Notes under the pieces: model-generated
What the model was told of the DNA's origin: nothing
Seen by the model: the letters and a program-made list of their open reading frames with translations, nothing else
Database searches by the model: none
Virus record (IMG/VR): IMGVR_UViG_3300044842_000203
Coordinates: 47,567 to 111,566 of that record
Source: a virus
Lineage: Duplodnaviria; Caudoviricetes
DNA: 64,000 bases
Reading direction: 5' to 3' (one strand)
Part shown: piece by piece, positions 45,855 to 53,601 of the stretch
How positions within the stretch are numbered: the stretch's first letter is position 1
Layout: every line of letters begins with the position of its first letter
Translations under genes and position numbers: made by a program

Positions 45855-46402
45855 TCGCCGAACCTGCACACGACCCGGAAAGGACCGAACAACTTGACCT
45901 CACCCGCCACGACACCACCGGTGTCCGCCGAGCCGGAGCAGGCCCCCGCTGGTCCCCCGAGCCCACCCCCGACTTTCACCCCCATCTTCGACCAGTTGTG
46001 TCGGGACATCGGCCCTTTGATGCGGCAGAAGGCGGTCGACGCACGGATAGATCCGAGCGACCCGCTGGGCAGCACGCCAAAGACAGATCCACCAAAGCAC
46101 GCCGACCTGAGCGACGACGAATAGCTCCAGACTGGATGCACCGAGCCTATGCGCACCTGCGCGGCTGGTTCTGGGTTGATTGCCCCGTGTGCGGCCAGCA
46201 GTTCGGCGGGCATGAGTGGCGCCGCATGGACCGGGCTGCTGATCGGGGCATGGGGCACATCGCCACATTGTGGACCCCGCCCGATGAGCCGCTGGCGGAG
46301 ATCTGCCCGGCGTGCACGATGCGCGGCGAGGGCTGCATCTCGCACGCCCGTCACGGCAACCGGCATGCTCGCTGCCCCTACCTGTTCGCGCTGCCACAGT
46401 AG
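45851..46402 (+). CDS. Hypothetical protein, 5' part uncertain
   Basis: ATGA-coupled; CPVCGQQFGGHEW...CPAC. Confidence 0.5.
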   Translation: MIAEPAHDPERTEQLDLTRHDTTGVRRAGAGPRWSPEPTPDFHPHLRPVVSGHRPFDAAEGGRRTDRSERPAGQHAKDRSTKARRPERRRIAPDWMHRAYAHLRGWFWVDCPVCGQQFGGHEWRRMDRAADRGMGHIATLWTPPDEPLAEICPACTMRGEGCISHARHGNRHARCPYLFALPQ

Positions 46403-46407
46403 CTCGC

Positions 46408-46875
46408 ATGGACATCACCGTGCCGATGGTCAGCGCCACAGGTGTCCCGCTGTCGGGGCGACTGATCTACGACCCGGTTCGCAATCCGCTGGCGATTGAC
46501 CTGATTCTTAGCTGCATCACGGGTGAGGTGTTCCCGATCGCCCGGCAGTTGGTCGCCGAGGCGTATGCGCATTCCCCGGTGCTGCTCGGCCTGGGTGCGC
46601 GGGTGCAGATGCAGATCCGGGACAGGCAGACCACGGTGATCGTGCTGTTCCCCCGAGAGGCGCCCGCGCAGATGTTCTACCTCTCGACGCAGTCCCTGTT
46701 GACGTTCGTGACGGGCACTCGGCAGTTGACGGAGCCGTGCGTGGAGGGGGTGTGTGAGCAAGCGGGGTGTTTTGAGTGCGCGTGGCTGCGCAGGCAGATC
46801 CCCGCCTGCTCCTGCGGGGTGGTAGACTGCAACTCGTTCCGGCCTGTTGAGTGTCCGCCCGAGGAGGATCTGTGA
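46408..46875 (+). CDS. SsgA-like protein with C-terminal Cys-rich motif
   Basis: GRLIYDPVRNPLAIDL, FPIARQLV, LLTFVTGTRQL. Confidence 0.6.
   Translation: MDITVPMVSATGVPLSGRLIYDPVRNPLAIDLILSCITGEVFPIARQLVAEAYAHSPVLLGLGARVQMQIRDRQTTVIVLFPREAPAQMFYLSTQSLLTFVTGTRQLTEPCVEGVCEQAGCFECAWLRRQIPACSCGVVDCNSFRPVECPPEEDL
46823..46842 (+). promoter_or_regulatory. Motif promoter TAGACT-N7-GTTCCGG
   Basis: Upstream of GAGGAGG-GTG 46872. Confidence 0.75.
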
Positions 46876-47006
46876 AGGCACCCATCAAGCGCGTGCGCGC
46901 CTACTACCGCGACCGCGATGTCGTCTGGTGGATCAGCTATGTAGTGGCCTGTCTCTGCTGGCTCATCGTGATCGGCTGCATGGTTGACCTGGTGTGGCCG
47001 CTATAG
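46872..47006 (+). CDS. 44-aa membrane protein
   Basis: GAGGAGG RBS, one TM. Confidence 0.55.
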   Translation: MKAPIKRVRAYYRDRDVVWWISYVVACLCWLIVIGCMVDLVWPL

Positions 47007-47067
47007 CCATGGGCGCGCGGCTGCAAAAAGTGTCGCGCAGATTATCGAACGGAGGAGGTGGTCGAAG

Positions 47068-48781
47068 ATGGGAGAACTCACGCCCGATACAGTGCACTTG
47101 TTAGCTAGCGGACAAATCGAGCGTATTTGGGGTCCTCCCGGTTAGCACCGGGAAATCCACCAAGCTCAAAGAGCGCATCAAAGACGCGGTGGCCGAACAC
47201 GGGGCCGACGCCGTAGCGGTCACCTCGTTCACCGTTACCGCCGCGCGCTCCATCGCCCAGATGGATCTATCCCTACCCGATCACGCCGTCGGCACACTGC
47301 ACTCACTGGCCTACCGGGCCATCGGGCACCCCGACGTCGCACTCGACAAAAAGGTCATCGCCGACTGGAACAAGCGCGTCGGCTTCGAGTGGCGCATCAC
47401 CCCCGACTCCCGCCGGGGCGCCCCCGACGCCGACCAGGGCGGCCGGGACTCCGGCGATGCCCTGCTGGCCGCCTACGACATGCTGCGATCTCAACTGACC
47501 CCACCGGAGGCGATGCCTGCCGATGTGCGCCGTTTCGCCGCAGCCTGGGATGGGTGGAAACGCGAGGCCGGTGGCTGTGTGGATTACACAGACATGATCT
47601 CTATGGCGTTGCAGCAGGCCCTGGAGGGGCAGAAGGCGCCCGGCGCCCCAAAGGTGCTGATCTCCGACGAGGCGCAGGATATGACCCCGCTGGAGACGGC
47701 GCTGCTGCTGGCGTGGCGGGCGCCGCACACCATCTTCGCCCTCGACGACGACCAGGCCATCAATGAGTGGCGCGGTGGAGACGCTGGCCCGATCCTGCTC
47801 ATGGAAGACAGTGACGACTGCGCTATCACCGATACACCACTTGAGCAGTCGTGGCGGATTCCCGCCGCGGTGCACATGATCGCCCAAACGTGGATTGAGC
47901 AGTGCTCATTTCGCCGCGACAAGGAGTACCGGCCGCGGGACTACGACGGTCGCGCCTACGCGGTGCGCTACCCGATCGAGCATCAGGCCACCGCGGAGGC
48001 CATCGCCAACGATGTGCACGCTGGGCGGTCCGTGATGGCCATCGCTTCGTGCGAGTACATGCTGCGTGTCCTGATCTCGAACCTGCGCCGACTCGGGGTG
48101 CCTTATGCCAACCGCTACCGGCCCGCGGAGGGGCGCTGGAATCCGTTGTACTCAGCGACGGGCATGACCACGGCGGAGCGCCTGTACCGCTACCTGGTGC
48201 TTGATGAGCGCGCCCTGGGGGCTGATTCGCGGCTGTGGACCGGCGATGACGTGCGCGCATGGCTGGAGTTGGTGGGGGTGAAAGAGGCCCGGCTCGCGAA
48301 GGGCGCGAAAGCGAAAGCGAAGAACTTCCCCGCCGGGGAGCTGGACGTGGCGCAGGTTATTGGCATGTTCGCCGACGAGGACGCTTTTGGGGACGCCACT
48401 GAACCGTCCCTGAATTGGCTACTGAACGCGGCGAAGGGCATCAAGGGCATGGTGGGCACGGCGACCGAGCCGGGCAAGCTCGACTATCCGGCCCGGATCG
48501 CTACCCAGTTTGGTCCGGCTGCGCTGGTCGACGAGCCACTGTGCACGGTGGGGACAATTCATAGCGTGAAAGGCGCGGAGGCTGATGTTGTATATCTCAG
48601 CCCGAGCTTGTCGCCGGCCGGGCATTCTGAGTGGATGCGTAATCGGCGGGGCCGGGATGCGACGCGCCGACTCATGTATGTGGGCTTGACCAGGGCGAAG
48701 CAGACGTGCGTGGTGCTGTCTTCGACGGAGGCGCACGTGCGCCCGAGTGAGTTGTGCCCGCCAGAAATGAGTGTGCGATGA
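47068..48781 (+). CDS. UvrD/Rep-like SF1A helicase with Walker A split by 4 nt (recoded or pseudogene)
   Basis: GPPG-TAG-C-TGKST; intact DEAQD, DDDQAI, LEQSWR, TIHSVKGAE, YVGLTRA. Confidence 0.85.
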
Positions 48782-48881
48782 GTATTTACTTCGACAGCCG
48801 AGACTGGTGGGTGGGTCTTTATATCGGGCCGAACCATCTTTACTTCTGCCCATTGCCGACATTGGTGATCAGGATTAAGCG

Positions 48882-49115
48882 ATGAATCAGCCTGTCCGAG
48901 CGTGCACCTGCCATGAGCACCGCAACGGCGCTCCTACGGTTGACGGTTCGCACGAGTTCATCCTCGACGAGGAGAACCACGGCTCCTTCGGCACATGCTG
49001 GCGACCCCGTTGCTTATGTGGTTATCGCGGCCACTGGCAATACCAGTCCGGCTCGGTGGCCTATCACTCGTGGCTGCGGCACGTTGCGAGTGCGAAGAAA
49101 AGGGGGCAGCTGTGA
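48882..49115 (+). CDS. Small Cys/His-rich protein
   Basis: AGGA RBS. Confidence 0.55.
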   Translation: MNQPVRACTCHEHRNGAPTVDGSHEFILDEENHGSFGTCWRPRCLCGYRGHWQYQSGSVAYHSWLRHVASAKKRGQL

Positions 49116-49291
49116 CCGAGGACTGGAACGGGCATATACCGCTGACGGCCGAGGAGTGGGGCATGCCATCGCATCTCAATGCGTCATCGCTGTGGTGCAA
49201 GCGGTGCGGGTTTCTGCTGGTGCGCAGTGACGGGGTGCGCCGACCGCGTGCGGATCAACCCTGTAAGCCGGTGAGGATTGCTCTGCGATGA
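49112..49291 (+). CDS. Small Zn-binding protein
   Basis: Coupled at both ends. Confidence 0.5.
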   Translation: MTEDWNGHIPLTAEEWGMPSHLNASSLWCKRCGFLLVRSDGVRRPRADQPCKPVRIALR

Positions 49292-49719
49292 GTGTCTTGG
49301 ATGGGTTCGCGGTGGTGCCGTCCTTGGATGAGCGGCCACGCGAGACCCCACGTTCGAAACGTCGGGTAGCTGCGCCTCCATCGGAGAAGTCGGTGCGTGA
49401 TCGGGTGGTGGCGGCGATCATCGGTCGGGGCGGCTATGCGATCCCGAAGCACATGACGCAGAACGGGGTGCGGGGCACGCCGGATGTGCTGGGCTGTCTT
49501 GAGGGCAGAATGCTCACGATCGAATGTAAGCGGATTGGTTACGATCTGCAACCCGTCCAGCGTGCCCAGTTGCAAAAGTGGCAAGATGCGGGGGCACTCG
49601 CCGGTTGGGTCACCTCGGTCGAACACCTAGAGCAACTGCTGGACCACCTGCATGACCCCGCTTGGCGTAACACATTTGAACATCCGGGGGACGGGCGAGG
49701 TGCTGGTGAAGCATGGTGA
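49288..49719 (+). CDS. VRR-NUC domain nuclease
   Basis: SEKSV, GTPDVL, IECKR, VQ. Confidence 0.85.
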   Translation: MSVLDGFAVVPSLDERPRETPRSKRRVAAPPSEKSVRDRVVAAIIGRGGYAIPKHMTQNGVRGTPDVLGCLEGRMLTIECKRIGYDLQPVQRAQLQKWQDAGALAGWVTSVEHLEQLLDHLHDPAWRNTFEHPGDGRGAGEAW

Positions 49720-49964
49720 CTCTACGCAACCAATTGACCTTTACGGCTGCGGCGGTGGCCGACCATTACCCGGCACCGCGCAGCACCGCATGCGCGTAGG
49801 CATGGCCGCCGGGCAGCTCTACCGCACCGCCCTGGAATCCGATCTCGACCTCACCCTGCCCGCCTTGCAAGACTGCCTCGGCGCGCCTGTGGGCTCCGCC
49901 TTGCTCAACCTGCTCGACGCGTGTCACGTCATGCTGGACTGCTGAGCCTGCTCATACTGCGGTC

Positions 49965-51497
49965 GTGCCAGCGAGAAGCGCATACACCCGGCGCGGCGTA
50001 GACGCCGATCCGGAGATCTTCGCTGCCACGTTGGAGTTCATCAAGGCCATTCCGGTTGATCCGACCGATGTGGACCTGTTCACCCCTAAACCGTTGTCCG
50101 AGGGCATCGACTGGGGTGCGCTCGGGTTCACCGAGGTGCCCTACTGGGCTGACGCCGCTTCGCCCACGATCGCCGCACTGCGCGCTATCGAACCACCGGG
50201 TGCGCGACGCTGGCGCCAGACCGCCCGGCCGTCGCAGATTCCGCCCGCGGGCGATCAGTGGATGTATTGGGTCATTATGGCGGGCAGAGGCTTTGGGAAG
50301 ACTTTTTGCGGCAGTAACACTCTCGCCGAGATGGCGATTGCCAACCGGGGCGACTACGCGGTGATCGCGCCGACCTTCGGTGACGCGCGCAAGATCTGCA
50401 CCGAGGGTCCGTCCGGGCTATTGGTGGCACTCGGTGATGATCTCGCCGATTACAACAAATCCGACTACATCATCTACCTGGTCAACGGCAGTCGCATCGT
50501 GCTCGCCTCCGCCGATGCGCCAGATCGTTTGCGCGGGTGGAACCTGTCGGGCGCCTGGTGCGATGAGCTGGCGTCGTTTGGCACGGGTCAAAAAGAGCTG
50601 TGGGACGAGGCGCTGATGCCGGCGCTGCGTATCGGCCAGCGCCCCCGCATGGTCATCACTACTACTCCCCGGCGCTCCGCTGTGGTGCTGCGCGAACTGC
50701 TGGTCCGTGCTAAGCACGGTGATCCCGCGGTTGCTATCACGCGCGGTTCGACATTCGAGAATCGCGCAAACCTGTCGCCCGCCTTCCTGGCGGAAATGGA
50801 GAACCGCTACGCAGGCACGACCACGGGCCGTCAAGAACTCGACGGCGAGATGCTCGATGAAGTCGAAGGCGCCCTCGTCACCGCGCGACTCATCGACTCC
50901 ACCCGCATCCTCGACGGCAACCTCGTGCCCAACCTGCGACGGCTCGCCATCGGTATCGACCCCGCGGTCACCGCCAACGACACCTCCGATGCGTGCGGAC
51001 TTATCGCTGTTGGGCTCGGCGGGCCGCCGCTGCACGGCTGGACGGGCGCGCCCTCGAAAGTGGAAGGGCCACATCTCTACTTCCTCGGTGACGCCACGAT
51101 GCGGGGCACACCGCACGCGTGGGCGCTGCGATCACTGCTGCTCGCCGAGGAGTGGGCGGCGGATCTCATGGTGGTGGAAAAGAACCAAGGCGGCGACCTG
51201 TGTTCCACCATGCTGAGGATGGTGGCCAAAGAGGCCGATGTGTATCTGCCGCGGATTCTGCCGGTGACCGCCACGCACGGTAAGAAGACTCGCGCCGAGC
51301 CGGTGGCGGGCATGTTCGAGCAGCACCGGGCGCACATCGTGGGTGGTCTGCCCGGTTTGGAGGATGGGTTCACGAGTTGGGTGCCGGGTGACCCCGAGAG
51401 CCCGAATGAGCTGGATGCAGGCGTGTGGGGCGCGGTGGGCCTGATACCGCAGCTCGCGCCGAAGGGGCGGCCTCCGGCGCGAGTGATAGCAGGGTAG
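49965..51497 (+). CDS. terL: Terminase large subunit
   Basis: AGRGFGKT, WCDE, TTTP, GRQELDGE, GIDPA, VEKNQGG, KKTRAEP. Confidence 0.93.
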   Translation: MPARSAYTRRGVDADPEIFAATLEFIKAIPVDPTDVDLFTPKPLSEGIDWGALGFTEVPYWADAASPTIAALRAIEPPGARRWRQTARPSQIPPAGDQWMYWVIMAGRGFGKTFCGSNTLAEMAIANRGDYAVIAPTFGDARKICTEGPSGLLVALGDDLADYNKSDYIIYLVNGSRIVLASADAPDRLRGWNLSGAWCDELASFGTGQKELWDEALMPALRIGQRPRMVITTTPRRSAVVLRELLVRAKHGDPAVAITRGSTFENRANLSPAFLAEMENRYAGTTTGRQELDGEMLDEVEGALVTARLIDSTRILDGNLVPNLRRLAIGIDPAVTANDTSDACGLIAVGLGGPPLHGWTGAPSKVEGPHLYFLGDATMRGTPHAWALRSLLLAEEWAADLMVVEKNQGGDLCSTMLRMVAKEADVYLPRILPVTATHGKKTRAEPVAGMFEQHRAHIVGGLPGLEDGFTSWVPGDPESPNELDAGVWGAVGLIPQLAPKGRPPARVIAG

Positions 51498-51643
51498 GCC
51501 GGCGCTCCTGCACGCCGTCGGGGGCGATGCCCAGCGCGGCGCGTTTGCACCACGTACAGCGACAGTTCCATGGCTGTGCGTAGCCTGCCAGCGTTCCATG
51601 CGGAGCGTCGGGGACCGATACCACCTAGCCTCCTGGAGTTGAT

Positions 51644-52384
51644 GTGATCACAGTCGTCAATGCGAGCACGCGCGTAACCAATGACCAGGTGTCGTTGATG
51701 ACCCGCGCCTGCTGGACGCAGGTTCAGCGCGATGCCGGCCCCGCGTGGCGGTTGCAGCCTATGCCCGTGGTGTTCAGCACCGACCCGAAGACTGCCCCGC
51801 CCGGATCGTGGCTAATCACCGTGTTCGACACCCCTGACCAGGCAAATGCGCTCGGTTACCACGATGTCACCAACGGCGACGTGATCTACGGGAAGGTGTT
51901 CGCCGGCCCGGTCCTCGACAACGGCGGCGACGCCCTGTCCAAGCCGCTGAGCGTGGCCAGCGTGCTCTCACACGAGGTACTCGAAACGTTCGTTGATCCT
52001 TTTTGCAACGTGTGGCACGACACTGAGCGCGGCTACTCCATCGCCCGCGAGGTGGGTGACCCGGTGGAGTCGGACTCCTACCCGGTGACGGTCGACTCCT
52101 ACCAGATCACCGTGTCCAACTTCGTCACCGAACGATGGTTCGATCCTTTCGCCAAGGGCGGCCGGTTCGACTTCATGGGCCGGGTGTCCAAGCCGTTCAC
52201 CATGACCAGCGGCGGCTACCTGATTTTGATGAAGGATGGCAAGGTCAGCCAAACCTTCGGCGAACACTTCCCCAGCTGGAAGCGCGCCGGCAAAGAGTTC
52301 CCGATCGCACGCACCGCGCGGCGCGTCGAGCAGCAGCAGCGCAGGCCGCTGATCGACAAGATCCTCGATGTAGTCGCAGAGTAG
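51644..52384 (+). CDS. Putative Zn-metallopeptidase-like protein
   Basis: ALGYH, SHEVLETFVDP, EVGDP. Confidence 0.6.
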   Translation: MITVVNASTRVTNDQVSLMTRACWTQVQRDAGPAWRLQPMPVVFSTDPKTAPPGSWLITVFDTPDQANALGYHDVTNGDVIYGKVFAGPVLDNGGDALSKPLSVASVLSHEVLETFVDPFCNVWHDTERGYSIAREVGDPVESDSYPVTVDSYQITVSNFVTERWFDPFAKGGRFDFMGRVSKPFTMTSGGYLILMKDGKVSQTFGEHFPSWKRAGKEFPIARTARRVEQQQRRPLIDKILDVVAE

Positions 52385-52401
52385 AGTCTGCGGTGTTCCG
52401 G
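52382..52401 (+). promoter_or_regulatory. Motif promoter TAGAGT-N7-GTTCCGG
   Basis: Drives no ORF. Confidence 0.75.
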
Positions 52402-52463
52402 CCGGGACGAATGTTCTCGGTCCGACGTTCGCTCCCATGGCGGGAGCACCGGCCGGAGCACCA
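52395..52463 (+). ncRNA. 69-nt tRNA-like RNA ending in ACCA
   Basis: GTTCCGGCCGG pairs with CCGGCCGGAGC; two internal hairpins. Confidence 0.55.
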
Positions 52464-52486
52464 CAAATCGCGCGACTACCCTCTGG

Positions 52487-52506
52487 TAGGATCGCAGTCG
52501 TTCCGC
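52487..52506 (+). promoter_or_regulatory. Variant motif promoter TAGGAT-N7-GTTCCGC
   Basis: Upstream of GGGAG-ATG 52533. Confidence 0.7.
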
Positions 52507-52532
52507 CCGTCCTGACGTATTAAGGGAGTCTC

Positions 52533-52937
52533 ATGTTTGATCAAGCTGCGGCGCAACGCGCCGCACAGCAGGTCATCGCCGCCGCTCCCGTCATCGAGGG
52601 CGGCTCCGGCAACGAGATCGCCATCAACGTGAAAGAACTCGTCGCCGCCATCATCGCTGCGGGCAACCCAGATGCGGCTATCGTCCCAGCGTACGACCAC
52701 ACCACGGCCATGAGCGCCTGGCATCGACTGGAGATCCCCGAACATGGGACACAAGGCGCCAAGCTCAACGCCCGAGCCCACAAGGGTTCCGTGGCCATCG
52801 TGATTTACGACGGGGATGGCCGTCGAGTCGTAAACGGATTCATCGGGCCCGAGTTCGCGTGGCACCTTGGGATGGCATTGTGCAGTGCGTCTCAAGAGTC
52901 CGCGCGACTGAACAACATGGCGGAGGTTCAGTCGTGA
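52533..52937 (+). CDS. Hypothetical protein
   Basis: GGGAG RBS. Confidence 0.7.
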   Translation: MFDQAAAQRAAQQVIAAAPVIEGGSGNEIAINVKELVAAIIAAGNPDAAIVPAYDHTTAMSAWHRLEIPEHGTQGAKLNARAHKGSVAIVIYDGDGRRVVNGFIGPEFAWHLGMALCSASQESARLNNMAEVQS

Positions 52938-53518
52938 CCATGGCAGCTACGAAGCCACCCATCTGGTGGGAGGACGCGCAAGAAGTCGATGAGCAACCGC
53001 GCGGCTCCCTAACCATCGCCGAACTAGCCAGCCTCACCGGGCTGGCCAGTTCGACAATCCAGACCGCCATCAACAGCGTGGCCAACACAGGTCGCCGAGC
53101 CCGGCTGCAAACCATCGCCCGCCCCGCCTACCGCTGGCAAGGCGTACCCCTGTGGTCGATCGAGCAGGCATCCGCCTACCACGACAAAGTGGCCGCCCGC
53201 TGGTCCACCCGCAAAGAGTTCGCCCACCTGCCCACCTACACCGCCGAGCAAGCCATCGAACACCAGGTGACCTCCCTGCGTGGTATCGAGCGCCTAACCA
53301 CTGTGCCGCTCACCACGCTGCATCGCTGGAAACTGGGCGCCGACTGGCCCCTGCCCGCCGCACTCATGCAGGTCAACTCGCCCACCCCGCGGCTGCTGTA
53401 CTCGTGGCCAGCCGTGCGCGATGCCATCAAAGAGCACCATGCGGACTGGCTCGCCGCGCACCCCGACGTGGTGATCGACGGGGCGCGGGTCACCGAAACC
53501 ACCGATCCCGCCGAATGA
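52934..53518 (+). CDS. Tandem MerR/Xis-like HTH protein
   Basis: LTIAELASLTGLASSTI and SLRGIERLTTVPLTTLHRW...WPLP. Confidence 0.7.
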   Translation: MTMAATKPPIWWEDAQEVDEQPRGSLTIAELASLTGLASSTIQTAINSVANTGRRARLQTIARPAYRWQGVPLWSIEQASAYHDKVAARWSTRKEFAHLPTYTAEQAIEHQVTSLRGIERLTTVPLTTLHRWKLGADWPLPAALMQVNSPTPRLLYSWPAVRDAIKEHHADWLAAHPDVVIDGARVTETTDPAE

Positions 53519-53563
53519 CTGCCGACAGCCGCACGCTCAGCAAGCCGTAGACGGCTGATCGCA

Positions 53564-53599
53564 GACGCCCGGCCCTCTCCCGCCAGGGGGCCGGGCGTT
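53564..53599. terminator. Hairpin between convergent blocks
   Basis: GACGCCCGGCCCTCT/AGGGGGCCGGGCGTT. Confidence 0.7.
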
Positions 53600-53601
53600 C
53601 C

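Noticed and set aside
23419-47103. TTA codons in dnaE, recD-like, primase and uvrD-like genes suggesting bldA control
   Set aside because: TTA also occurs in structural and hypothetical genes, and the host is unknown; no enrichment shown
47189-48781. GTG 47189 as the true helicase start
   Set aside because: It would omit Walker A and has no clear RBS, whereas ATG 47068 has a strong one
52395-52463. Canonical tRNA call
   Set aside because: No D arm or T arm consensus in correct position
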